From contig JBBCAV010000387.1 in NCBI GenBank assembly GCA_051382305.1, positions 1 through 20,066 on the forward strand: a stretch of 20,066 nucleotides of DNA, given 5' to 3'. Made by a program: the position numbers and the translations under genes. The notes under the pieces were generated by a model. That model was given only the letters and a program-made list of their open reading frames with translations. It was not told the origin of the DNA and searched no databases. Shown piece by piece: positions 8,405 to 17,450 of the stretch. Position 1 is the first letter of the stretch; each line of letters starts with the position of its first letter. Source of the stretch: Bdellovibrionota bacterium FG-2 (lineage in GTDB: Bacteria > Bdellovibrionota > UBA1018).

Positions 8405-9007
8405 CTACTCCTTTAGTTCTGTTTTTGGCTTACGATGAAACTTGTTTTGTGCTGTTTTGAGGTCACCCTGTATCAGTAGTTCACAGACCTTGCGAACGTC
8501 CTCAAAAAGGGGATCAAGGTCACGAAGCTCTTGATCAGAAAACGGGGCCAAGACGTAGTCGGCGACTGCTCCTGCGCGAGAGCCAGGAAAATTAGGCCGG
8601 CCGACCCCGAGACGAACGCGATAGTAATTTGTCTTTTCTCCACCCACCGAGGCGTCAATGGAGCGCAGTCCGTTATGGCCGCCATGGCCTCCCCCTTGTT
8701 TGATTCGCAAGGCAAGCGGCTCGAGGTCTACATCATCATGTAGCACGATTAGGTCTTGGGGTTCGCACTTGTAGAAGTTCAGAAGTGGCGCGACGCTTTG
8801 TCCTGATCGGTTCATGAAAGTTTGGGGCTTCAAAAGCAGAACTTTTTCGCCCGCAATTTGTACCTGATAGACTTCGCCCGAAAAACTGGTTTGAGGGCCT
8901 TGGGCGCGCCACTCCTCTGCAAGATAGTCGATGGCGAGAAACCCCACGTTATGACGGGTGGTCTCATATTGCTGGCCGGGATTGCCAAGTCCTGCAATGA
9001 CTTTCAT
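8405..9007 (-). CDS. pth: Peptidyl-tRNA hydrolase
   Basis: GLGNPG..Y..TRHNVGF, KPQTFMNRSG, HDDVDL, GGHNGLRSI. Confidence 0.97.
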   Translation of the reverse strand: MKVIAGLGNPGQQYETTRHNVGFLAIDYLAEEWRAQGPQTSFSGEVYQVQIAGEKVLLLKPQTFMNRSGQSVAPLLNFYKCEPQDLIVLHDDVDLEPLALRIKQGGGHGGHNGLRSIDASVGGEKTNYYRVRLGVGRPNFPGSRAGAVADYVLAPFSDQELRDLDPLFEDVRKVCELLIQGDLKTAQNKFHRKPKTELKE

Positions 9008-9957
9008 TAGACGAAAAGGTTGCTCACGCTATCGTAGCTGTGAATGCGTCGAATGGCTTCGGCCAAAAGATCTGCGACGGAGAGTTGGACAATCTTTTCC
9101 GAAGCTCTAGCTTCGTCACTGAGCGGAATTGTATCGGTGACAATGACGCGTTCAAGTTTGGAATCGGTAATTCTTTTAATGGCCTGGCCCGAAAGTACGG
9201 GATGGGTGGCGGCAGCAAACACTCTTAGGGCGCCTTGGCCAATGACAGCGTTAGCAGCTTCAACAAGGGTTCCTGCGGTGTCGATCATGTCGTCCAAAAT
9301 AATCGCCGTTTTACCTTTAACTTCCCCGATGACGTTCATGGCTTTGGCAACGTTGGGTGCAGTACGCCTTTTGTCGATCATTGCGACACTGGCGTTCATT
9401 CTCTTGGCAATCGCTCGTGCTCGCTCAACGCCTCCTGCATCGGGACTCACCATGACGAGGTTCTCGCCGTGGCCGATTTCATGCGTGATGTAATCTAGGA
9501 GTACAGGAGAAGCAAAAAGATTATCAAAGGGAATGTTGAAAAATCCCTGAATCTGGCCTGCGTGAAGGTCCATTGAGACCACGCGGGTGGCGCCAGCGCG
9601 ATCCAGTAAATCTGCCACAAGTTTTGCGGTGATCGGTGTGCGAGGGGCGACTTTGCGGTCTTGTCTGCCATAGCCGTAGTAGGGAATGACGGCGGTGATT
9701 TCTTTAGCGCTCGCGCGTTTAAGCGCGTCGATCATGATCAAAAGTTCCATGAGGGTGTCGTTGACGGGGCGGCAGGTACTTTGAATGACGAAGGCATCAC
9801 GGCCGCGAACATTTTCACCGATTTCGACGAAAATTTCTCCATCGCTAAAGCGTCGAAGCTCTACCTTCCCGAAGGGACGGCCCAATTTATCGCAAATTTT
9901 TTGAGCAAGTGCGCGATTCGAGTTCCCTGATAAAATAACCCATTCTCTTAGGCGCAT
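9007..9957 (-). CDS. prs: Ribose-phosphate pyrophosphokinase
   Basis: [50 protein letters not shown] 9957 has SD GGGAG; stop overlaps the pth start (TAATG). Confidence 0.97.
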   Translation of the reverse strand: MRLREWVILSGNSNRALAQKICDKLGRPFGKVELRRFSDGEIFVEIGENVRGRDAFVIQSTCRPVNDTLMELLIMIDALKRASAKEITAVIPYYGYGRQDRKVAPRTPITAKLVADLLDRAGATRVVSMDLHAGQIQGFFNIPFDNLFASPVLLDYITHEIGHGENLVMVSPDAGGVERARAIAKRMNASVAMIDKRRTAPNVAKAMNVIGEVKGKTAIILDDMIDTAGTLVEAANAVIGQGALRVFAAATHPVLSGQAIKRITDSKLERVIVTDTIPLSDEARASEKIVQLSVADLLAEAIRRIHSYDSVSNLFV

Positions 9958-10024
9958 CGACGTTCTCCCGTTGGGGATGGATATCGCATGGCGGTCAAAC
10001 ACTCAAGAAATAACGCTAAGCGTT

Positions 10025-12058
10025 TCACAATGCTTTTGCTTTAAGTCCTGCCTTTTCTAGAAGGGGCTCGATGGAGGGTTCCCGGCCTCGGAAACGCAGA
10101 TAAAGTTTCATGGGGTGCTCGGCGCCACCGTGGGAGAGGATTTCGTTGCGGAATTTTGAAGCGACCTCGCGGTTAAAGATGCCTTTTTTAACAAAAAGTT
10201 CAAAAGCATCGGCTTCTAGCACTTCAGCCCACTTGTAGCTGTAGTAGCCCGCGGAGTACCCACCTGAAAAAATATGTCCAAAGGCACAGCTTGAGTTTGT
10301 GCCCGCCTCAAAAGGATGGATCTCAGTCTCTTTAATGGCGGCTTGCTCAAATTCGGCGATATTTTTGATGCCGGAGGGATCTTTAGAATGCCATGCCATA
10401 TCCAATAGTCCAAAAGAGAGTTGCCTTAGGGTTGTGCAGCCCTCGTAGAAGCGCGCGGCTTCTGTGATTTTCTTGACGAGTTCCAAGGGGATCTTTTCCC
10501 CCGTCTGAAAGTGGCTAGCAAAGAGATCTAGGCAATCTTTTTCGAAAATCCAGTTCTCCATGATTTGCGAGGGGAGTTCTACAAAGTCCCAGAATGTGTT
10601 GGGGCTCGCAAGTGAGGAGTAAGTCACGTTCGAAAAGATTCCGTGCAGGGCATGCCCAAATTCATGAAACAAAGTACGAACCTCGTCAAACGAGAGCAGC
10701 GAGGGCTTGTTCAAAGAAGGAGGGGTAAAATTCATCACTATCGAAATATGCGGCCGCACCTTTCCACACTGGTTTCGATAGCAAGTCATCCAAGCTCCAC
10801 CGCGTTTTCCTTTTCTAGGGTGAAAATCGGTGTAGAGGATAGCAAGGTGCGCTCCGTCTTCGTCGAGAACCTCAAACGGTCTTACGTCAGGGTGGTAAAC
10901 GGGGATATTGGGTGCGGGGTTAAATTTGATTCCATAAAGGAGGGAAGCCGTATCAAAAACGCCTTGAAGGACACGATCCAGTGGAAAATATGGTCTGAGG
11001 GTTTCGGTGTCGATACTATAGCGCTGTTTTTTGATTCGATTGTAGTAGAATCCGGCGTCCCAGCGTTTGAATTCCGTGATTCCGTCTTGCAGGGCCACGT
11101 TTTTTAGTTCTTCGGTTTCTTTAATTGCGGCAGGCTTTGCGTGGGTAAGCAATTGATTGAGGAACGCTAAGACTTTCTCGGGAGATTCGGCCATACGCCG
11201 CTTAAGAGTGAAGTCGGCGTGAGAAGTGAAGCCTAAAAGCAAAGCTCGTTCATGACGGAGTCGAGCAATCTCTAGGACGTGGGCCTCGTTGCTATGCTTG
11301 CTGGCGCCAAAACAGCGAGCCTGATAGGCCCGCCAAAGAGTTTCGCGCAGCTTTCGATTTTGTGCATATTCGAGAACGGGAACGAAGCTGGGTTGGTGAA
11401 GCGTGAATACCCAGCCTTTATTGAGACCCTTTTCTTTGGCAGTAGCAGCGGCGGCGGCAATTGAGGCTTCAGGGAGCCCGATCACATCCGCTGAATTTGT
11501 CGTGTGGTGGGCATATTCGTTGGTTTCGGCCAGAAGGTTGTCGCTGTATTCGAGGCCCAGAGTTGAAAGTCTTTCGTCGATGGCTCTAAGCTGCGCTTGT
11601 TTTTCTGAAGGCAGAAGAGCGCCGTTACGGATGAAGGTCAGCGCCTGTTCTTCAAGTAAAGTGTATTGCTCAGGGGTCAATGGGATCGACGATCTTTGAT
11701 CATAGACGGACTTGATTCGCGCGAATAGGCCTGCGTTGAGGTAGACATCGTTTGAGAAACGTGTGGCCAGGGGCACAAATTCTTTGGCGACAGCCTGAAG
11801 CCTGTCACTAGTTTCGGCCGAGAGGAGGTTTTGAAAAACGAGGCTGACCTGCTCTACTCCTGCCAATGTTTCTTCCAAAAGCTCGCAAGAATTTGCAAAG
11901 CTGGGTGCCTCTTTTGAGGCGCAGAGGTCGGAAAAAATAGCATCAGCGTCTTTGATTCTTGCTTCGAGCGCCGGCAAAAAATGCGCCGGAGTGATCTGTG
12001 TAAAGGGTAAAGTATCGAAGGGAGTGGCCGGTGAATTTAAAAGCGGATTATTTTCCAT
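10025..12058 (-). CDS. M3 family metallopeptidase (Dcp/oligopeptidase A-like)
   Basis: MENNPLL start, GKRGGAWM, zinc motif FHEFGHALH, DFVELPSQIMENW, GYSAGYYSYKWAEVL; ATG 12058 avoids overlap with the upstream gene. Confidence 0.93.
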   Translation of the reverse strand: MENNPLLNSPATPFDTLPFTQITPAHFLPALEARIKDADAIFSDLCASKEAPSFANSCELLEETLAGVEQVSLVFQNLLSAETSDRLQAVAKEFVPLATRFSNDVYLNAGLFARIKSVYDQRSSIPLTPEQYTLLEEQALTFIRNGALLPSEKQAQLRAIDERLSTLGLEYSDNLLAETNEYAHHTTNSADVIGLPEASIAAAAATAKEKGLNKGWVFTLHQPSFVPVLEYAQNRKLRETLWRAYQARCFGASKHSNEAHVLEIARLRHERALLLGFTSHADFTLKRRMAESPEKVLAFLNQLLTHAKPAAIKETEELKNVALQDGITEFKRWDAGFYYNRIKKQRYSIDTETLRPYFPLDRVLQGVFDTASLLYGIKFNPAPNIPVYHPDVRPFEVLDEDGAHLAILYTDFHPRKGKRGGAWMTCYRNQCGKVRPHISIVMNFTPPSLNKPSLLSFDEVRTLFHEFGHALHGIFSNVTYSSLASPNTFWDFVELPSQIMENWIFEKDCLDLFASHFQTGEKIPLELVKKITEAARFYEGCTTLRQLSFGLLDMAWHSKDPSGIKNIAEFEQAAIKETEIHPFEAGTNSSCAFGHIFSGGYSAGYYSYKWAEVLEADAFELFVKKGIFNREVASKFRNEILSHGGAEHPMKLYLRFRGREPSIEPLLEKAGLKAKAL

Positions 12059-12068
12059 GAGGGGGAAT

Positions 12069-12683
12069 CTATTCTTCGCTGTCTTCGGTGTCGCCAAAGT
12101 TACATACGTAGTGAATGTCGAGATTGCGGATGGCACGGTGAAATTCTTCTTCAGGATCTGCTTCAATAGATTCGTTGAACAAATCTAAGACCGGTTCAAA
12201 GCTCTTGATTCCCGCTTTGCCGGACGCAGCCTTTTTCTTAACCTGTGCTTCGAAATTTTTGAATTTTTTCTCAGGCAAAATGCGTTTCCCTTTTTCTAAA
12301 AGCGCATCAGGCTGTCCGGTTTGTTTGAAAGCTTGCAGTCCTTCAAAAAAAGCCAGTTGTGAAGAAAAACGTTTGGTCAGGCGATCGCGGTAGCGATCGA
12401 GTTGGGTAGGAGTAGGTGTCGTTTTCTTGAGTTTATCGAGAGCCTTGCGAAGGGATTCTGAGGTTTCTCCCGGGTTTTGAGTAAGAATGGCGGAAGGGTA
12501 CATTTGCTCAGGACTAATTGCGTGTACGTTCTTCAAGATAGTCTCGGCCACAGGGCCCCGGAGTAGGCAGGGTTGCTCAAAGAGCGTGACTCGAATTTCG
12601 GCCGAGGGAGTTGCAGGCGCCGCAAGGCACATAAGAGGAATTAGAAAAAATCCGAGAACTAGTCTGGGTTTTAGGGTCCTCAT
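12069..12683 (-). CDS. Hypothetical exported protein
   Basis: Signal-peptide-like N-terminus (MRTLKPRLVLGFFLIPLMCLA); 10 bp upstream of the M3 peptidase on the same strand. Confidence 0.7.
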   Translation of the reverse strand: MRTLKPRLVLGFFLIPLMCLAAPATPSAEIRVTLFEQPCLLRGPVAETILKNVHAISPEQMYPSAILTQNPGETSESLRKALDKLKKTTPTPTQLDRYRDRLTKRFSSQLAFFEGLQAFKQTGQPDALLEKGKRILPEKKFKNFEAQVKKKAASGKAGIKSFEPVLDLFNESIEADPEEEFHRAIRNLDIHYVCNFGDTEDSEE

Positions 12684-12877
12684 CGTGCCTATAGTTTTAC
12701 TTCATTTGTTCAAAACTGAAAAACTCAAAGTTCATAATCCCCCGGAATTCGGGCAGCGCCATTAGGTCGCGCGCCTAAGGCCCCTTTCTCCAACGTGTCT
12801 TTGTTGACGCAAAGCGAAAAGGTTTAATTTGACTCTGGACACAAGAGGTCTAACATAGAAGGTAGGGAGGTGTTCCA

Positions 12878-13507
12878 TTGAGTGAAACAGGTAAGAAGGC
12901 GGGGTTAACCCTCGTTACGCAGCCGCAGGAATATTTTAGAGAGCTGGTGACAGAGTCTATGGAACGGCACAAGGTAGTGGCCGCGCCTGAGACGGAGTTT
13001 TACCTCGTAAACCTCTTAAACCAGTTCATGACAACTGATCGACTCTACACCACTAACGCCGAGGGGGCGCACAAAGAAGAGCCTTTGGTGCTTCTTATGA
13101 AAGAAGCGATGGATGCGCCCGAACCGATGGCGCAGCGGGCGATGTTTCGATATGTGGGGGATGTGTCTTTATATTTTGCAGGTTTTTTTCAAGAGCGCTT
13201 GAGTCGGAAACTTGTTGATCTTGATTATTATGTTGGGATGGGTGGCACGGCCTACAAACATGTGGCGGCGCGAGAGGATGAGCGCGTTTTGCGTTCTACC
13301 TATCTTGAGCTTGCTGATAAGTTTTCTGAGTTCGTGGAAGTGTTTGCAGACATGAGTTCAAAAACAGCTTCAAAAAGCGAAAAAGACCTAATTCGAGTTT
13401 ACGACCTTTGGGTGCGCACAAAAAACGAGCGCGCCGCAAAGACGCTTCAAGAAGCAGGAATTTTAACAAATCCGGCGAATTCAAAGATTAAGCGGAATCC
13501 GCAGTAA
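12878..13507 (+). CDS. Conserved hypothetical helical protein
   Basis: TTG start with SD GGAGGTG; motif EFYLVNLL...GDVSLYFAGFF...RKLVDLDYYVGMGGTAY...ELADKF recalled from uncharacterised proteobacterial proteins. Confidence 0.75.
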   Translation: MSETGKKAGLTLVTQPQEYFRELVTESMERHKVVAAPETEFYLVNLLNQFMTTDRLYTTNAEGAHKEEPLVLLMKEAMDAPEPMAQRAMFRYVGDVSLYFAGFFQERLSRKLVDLDYYVGMGGTAYKHVAAREDERVLRSTYLELADKFSEFVEVFADMSSKTASKSEKDLIRVYDLWVRTKNERAAKTLQEAGILTNPANSKIKRNPQ

Positions 13508-13518
13508 TTCGCTCGTCG

Positions 13519-14238
13519 TTATTGAATTGTCACCGAAATCATTTTGTCGCCGATTTGAATCTTTTTGACGGCGTCCATTCCTTCAATGACTTGACCGAAA
13601 ACAGTATAGCTTCCGTCTAAGTGTGGAATCCGTTCAAGCGCGATGTAAAACTGTGCATCCGCTGAGTCAGGATCTTGGGCTCGCGCCATCGCGACCGTGC
13701 CTTCGATATGGGGGCGCTTATTGAATTCAGCTTTCATTTTTTGCCCGCTGCCGCCGGTGCCATTGCCATTAGGATCGCCGCCTTGAATAACAAAACGGGG
13801 AACGACGCGATGGAAGGTAAGGCCGTTGTAGAAGCCTTTTTGAATAAGTTCGATCATTCGGTTGACGGTGTTAGGCGCGTCCTTGGGATAGAACTTATAC
13901 TTGATCACACCCTGGTTGGTTTGTATGACGACGGTAGCTTTTGAAAGCCCGTTTGCATCGACGCTCAAGTCAGGCGTTCCAGCAGGAACGCCAGCAGGAA
14001 CTGGAGACGCGGGTGCTACGGCAGGTTTTGAAGGGTCTTGGGGTGAAGTAACCATGGGGGAAGCCTCCGGTGCAGGAGAGGTTAGAGAAGGAGCGGCAGC
14101 TGATGGAGCAGCTACGGGTGCGGAAGCCGCAGGGGGTGGAACAAATTCCGCCTTCTTGGATTGAACATAAATCAACCCGCCCGCGATGGCGACGGCTAGT
14201 ACTCCGACAATATACAGTGGCGTTTTAGAACTACGCAT
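13519..14238 (-). CDS. Membrane-anchored cyclophilin-type peptidyl-prolyl isomerase with Pro/Ala-rich linker
   Basis: FYNGLTFHRVVPRFVIQGGDP, VAMARAQDPDSADAQFYI, HLDGSYTVFGQV; N-terminal TM helix; ATG 14238 preferred. Confidence 0.93.
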   Translation of the reverse strand: MRSSKTPLYIVGVLAVAIAGGLIYVQSKKAEFVPPPAASAPVAAPSAAAPSLTSPAPEASPMVTSPQDPSKPAVAPASPVPAGVPAGTPDLSVDANGLSKATVVIQTNQGVIKYKFYPKDAPNTVNRMIELIQKGFYNGLTFHRVVPRFVIQGGDPNGNGTGGSGQKMKAEFNKRPHIEGTVAMARAQDPDSADAQFYIALERIPHLDGSYTVFGQVIEGMDAVKKIQIGDKMISVTIQ

Positions 14239-14285
14239 AAGTTGACAACTCCTTGGTTCAAAGCGAATAGTACCCCTCAAGAGTT

Positions 14286-15050
14286 ATGTCTCAACAAGGA
14301 CCAGGTCAAGAAGAAATCCGAAATATGAGTTTTCTGGAGCACGTGGACGAACTGCGGGTGCGCATCACCCGCGCCGTGTTTGTGTTCTTTTTTGGGTTCA
14401 TTGGGTGTTATTTTGTCGCGGAGCCCATTTTGGGATTCTTGCGTAGGCCCTTGTTTGATGCGCTGCCGCCAGAGCGTCGGATGTTATACTTTACGAGTCT
14501 TTTTGAGAATTTTTTGACCCATTTGAAGATCTCGGGTTATGCGGCGTTGTTTGTGTTCTCGCCGTATTTTTTTTACGAAATCTGGGGGTTTGTTTCTCCG
14601 GGACTTCATGTGCGTGAGCGTCGGTTCGCGTTTCCGTTTATTGCGGCCGCAAGTTTGTTTTTTTGCGGGGGGGCGTGCTTCGCGTACTTCGTGTTGTTCC
14701 CGGTGGGGTTCAAGTATTTTGTAAGTTACGGCGCGCCGACGGATGTGCCGATGCTGACGATTGATTCATACTACACGGTTTGTCTGAGATTGTTGCTGTT
14801 GTTTGGTTTGGCGTTTGAGTTGCCGGTGTTTATTTCACTGCTAGGTTTTTTGGGTTTGGTCGATGCGCCGATGTTACGCGCGCAACGTAAGAACGCGGTG
14901 ATTGGCATCACGATTGTCTCCGCAGTTTTTGCCCCTCCTGATGTGATCTCGATGTTGATCTTAGGAATTCCGCTCCTGGGCCTCTACGAGGCCTCGATTT
15001 TTGTGGTGGCGTGGCTGGGCGTGAAGAGGGCGCAGGCGGGGAAGGTTTAG
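14286..15050 (+). CDS. tatC: Twin-arginine translocase subunit TatC
   Basis: MSFLEHVDELRVR, WGFVSPGLH..ERR, FGLAFELPV, APPDVISM...LYEASI; six hydrophobic segments. Confidence 0.95.
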   Translation: MSQQGPGQEEIRNMSFLEHVDELRVRITRAVFVFFFGFIGCYFVAEPILGFLRRPLFDALPPERRMLYFTSLFENFLTHLKISGYAALFVFSPYFFYEIWGFVSPGLHVRERRFAFPFIAAASLFFCGGACFAYFVLFPVGFKYFVSYGAPTDVPMLTIDSYYTVCLRLLLLFGLAFELPVFISLLGFLGLVDAPMLRAQRKNAVIGITIVSAVFAPPDVISMLILGIPLLGLYEASIFVVAWLGVKRAQAGKV

Positions 15051-15063
15051 GGTAAGTTGGTAT

Positions 15064-16299
15064 TCATTCAAAGAGTGCCAGACTCGCTGGAATAAGACCT
15101 ATGCGTTCGTCGATAATTCGAGGCCTGCTTGCCGTTTTAGAAACGAAAAGTACGGAGCTATTTCCAAACCTCTTCAAAAAACTGTGTGCTGCCATCAGCG
15201 ATCTGTGCGAAATGTCGTCAGTGAGTAAAGGTAGAATTCCTAGTATCCCCTTCTCGGTTTGAATTGCCAGCGGAACATGCACTCCGGAGCGGGTTTGGTA
15301 ACCAAATAACTGGTCTTGCGCTCCAAGTATATATTCAGACTGCAATCTAAGGTTGCGATAGATAAGCCCAGCCCACTGTTTCTCAAGAAGCGCATCTTCA
15401 TTGGTAGTTTGCTGCTGAGCTAACCACCGCCATTCTGCCTGATCCTCGAATAAATAAGTCCACTTTGTGTTTTCACTTTGAATTCGATGCATTCGAATGA
15501 CAAAGACTGCTTCGAGCGCATACAGGAGTTTTTTCTGAGTGATGGGAGAGATCCCTGTTCTAGATTTTAAAAATGAGTGATTGATCGGTTCACCTTCGGC
15601 ATTAGCAAGTTCTCCGAGAAACTCTAGAATCTGACGATAGGCTAGCTTTAGAGGATAAACTGTTCGAATATCGCGATCCAGAATTGTGTATATCTGCTCT
15701 TCGATGCGTTTTGTTCGGGCTTTTGAGTCGCGCATAAAACAGACGCCGGGCAGACCCCCAGCCTCGAGATATTGATCCACGATCTTGGCTCGATCTCGCT
15801 GTTGGTGTGATGTCAGCGTGAGCGATTCGATTCGTCTAAAGTTCTGTGTGCTAGCGAGATCCAGCACAAGCGAAGGAAGGGGCAATCCTGCAAGTTCGGC
15901 AACCCCAAAAGGAAAAATTTCGACGTTCATGATTCGACCCGTTAAGGATTCTCGAATCGCACTTCGACTCGTAAAACGGACAGATCCAGACATATAAAAT
16001 TGGCCTGGCTTTTTATGGGTGCGCACCCATTCCTTTAGGGCGGGAAACAACTCCGGGGCATGTTGGCATTCATCAATGACAACGGCACCCTTTCTAGCAT
16101 TCTCTGCCACAAACTCCTTAGGCGCTCTTCTGGCCCTTGCAAGAACGTTGGGATCATCAAGAGTAAGATAATGCTTTCCGATTTGCGCAAGAAAAGTAGT
16201 CTTTCCGACTTGTCGATGTCCGAGACATCCAACCAGGGGTGAATGGGCTGCGATTTTAGAAAATAGCTCTTGGACATGGCGAGCACGTTCGTGGGGCAT
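15064..16299 (-). CDS. AAA_14/DUF4143-like ATP-binding protein, paralog A
   Basis: Walker A GHRQVGKTT, Walker B VIDECQ, PGQFYMSGS, ESLTGR, YLEAGGLP, RDI. Confidence 0.85.
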   Translation of the reverse strand: MPHERARHVQELFSKIAAHSPLVGCLGHRQVGKTTFLAQIGKHYLTLDDPNVLARARRAPKEFVAENARKGAVVIDECQHAPELFPALKEWVRTHKKPGQFYMSGSVRFTSRSAIRESLTGRIMNVEIFPFGVAELAGLPLPSLVLDLASTQNFRRIESLTLTSHQQRDRAKIVDQYLEAGGLPGVCFMRDSKARTKRIEEQIYTILDRDIRTVYPLKLAYRQILEFLGELANAEGEPINHSFLKSRTGISPITQKKLLYALEAVFVIRMHRIQSENTKWTYLFEDQAEWRWLAQQQTTNEDALLEKQWAGLIYRNLRLQSEYILGAQDQLFGYQTRSGVHVPLAIQTEKGILGILPLLTDDISHRSLMAAHSFLKRFGNSSVLFVSKTASRPRIIDERIGLIPASLALFE

Positions 16300-16308
16300 C
16301 TTGTAATC

Positions 16309-16370
16309 ATTTTACCAGACTCTGTAATAATAGATATATCAAATATCCAAATATGCAGAGTCAGTAAAAT
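16309..16370 (-). promoter_or_regulatory. Imperfect inverted repeat over an extended -10 upstream of ATPase A
   Basis: ATTTTACCAGACTCTGTA (16309-16326) versus TGCAGAGTCAGTAAAAT (16354-16370); minus strand TGG-TAAAAT is 9 nt before the ATG. Confidence 0.5.
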
Positions 16371-16411
16371 CGATCAAAATGGCGGCGGGCAGTTGTTTTG
16401 TTGGATAATTA

Positions 16412-16440
16412 TTGCCATACGGCATAAAGCTGCGTATACT
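16412..16440 (+). promoter_or_regulatory. Sigma70-type promoter of the toxin-antitoxin pair with operator palindrome
   Basis: TTGCCA-N17-TATACT; TGCC-ATAC-GGCA (16413-16424) overlaps the -35. Confidence 0.65.
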
Positions 16441-16455
16441 TTAGGTTGAGTGATT

Positions 16456-16725
16456 ATGGCCTGTAGGGTCACGTTAACGAACAAGGCAATTAAGCAGGTT
16501 TGGGACTTGCCAGCGAATATAAAAGAGGCGGTGCAAGCCCTGATTATCGAAATCGAAGCGGCTGGTCCGGTTCGCGGGAACTGGTCTAACTATTCGAAAT
16601 TGGGAAAAGGTGAGCATCATTGCCATCTGACTTATCGCTATGTCGCTTGCTGGCTAGAATTTTATCACGGGATTCAACTTGTAGAGGTGTACTATGTCGG
16701 GACTCGCGAAAAAGCTCCCTATTGA
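16456..16725 (+). CDS. RelE/HigB-like type II toxin
   Basis: About 89 aa, V.LTNKAIKQ..DLP, GPVRGNWSNYSKL, HHCHL..RYVACW, VEVYYVGTREKAPY; toxin-first arrangement with an HTH partner; alternative GTG start at 16450. Confidence 0.8.
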   Translation: MACRVTLTNKAIKQVWDLPANIKEAVQALIIEIEAAGPVRGNWSNYSKLGKGEHHCHLTYRYVACWLEFYHGIQLVEVYYVGTREKAPY

Positions 16726-17080
16726 TGGGATAGAAATTTTTATTCAGACGAGCCGAAAACGAAGGCTCTTTGTTGTTTCCAAAGACACCGCTGACGGAAT
16801 CGCTAAAGTGCTCAAGGAGTACGAGGTCTTGGAAGGCGAGGCGTTGGGCATTCCGGCAGAGGTTGTGTTCCCTGATTTGGCAGATAAAAGTAAACGGCGA
16901 GCAGTCGCACTTCGAGGAGCTCGTCACAAAGAAGGGCTTTCGCAAGTCGACCTTGCAAAGAATCTCGATATTAGTCAGGCAGATCTATCAAAGATGGAAA
17001 ACGGTAAGCGGCCCATCGGGAAGAAAATGGCAAAGCGTTTGGCCGATGCTCTGAATATTGATTATCGAGTGTTTTTGTAA
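16694..17080 (+). CDS. XRE-family HTH antitoxin (HigA-like)
   Basis: LRGARHKEGLSQVDLAKNLDISQADLSKMENGKRPIG; SD GAGGTG; overlaps the toxin 3' end. Confidence 0.85.
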   Translation: MSGLAKKLPIDGIEIFIQTSRKRRLFVVSKDTADGIAKVLKEYEVLEGEALGIPAEVVFPDLADKSKRRAVALRGARHKEGLSQVDLAKNLDISQADLSKMENGKRPIGKKMAKRLADALNIDYRVFL

Positions 17081-17450
17081 TTAGTTCTTCGCAGGAATTC
17101 GATCAAGTAGCGGGCTTCGGTGGAGGTGAAGGTTTCTGATTTTGGGAGGGTGTCCCAGGTTGTGGTAAGAGTTTGAGAAGGGTGGGGCGTGTGTTCTTGG
17201 GGTAAAATAGGGTAGCCCGCGATTTTCGGTTGAACGACGTGAGATTTGAGTAGTTTTGAATTTGAGTTCAGATGAGTAGAATTGTTTCGGACGGATATTT
17301 TCGTTCTTGCGTCTTTGGTTTCATTTGAATTCCAAAGGGTGAAGAATGCGCAAACCGCAAAAAAGCCTCCCAGAAGAATCCGGTTGCGGAACTTATCCGT
17401 TACGTAGATTATCCCTATTATGGATAAGTTTACTCGATTCGTAATTCGGC

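Noticed and set aside
12059-12166. Longer N-termini given by the ORF track for the M3 peptidase (also prs at 10002 and the cyclophilin at 14280)
   Set aside because: The peptidase extension overlaps the upstream gene; downstream ATGs match family N-termini or have better SD or signal-anchor context.
13975-14140. Short repeats such as CCAGCAGGAAC twice
   Set aside because: Explained by the Pro/Ala-rich linker of the cyclophilin.
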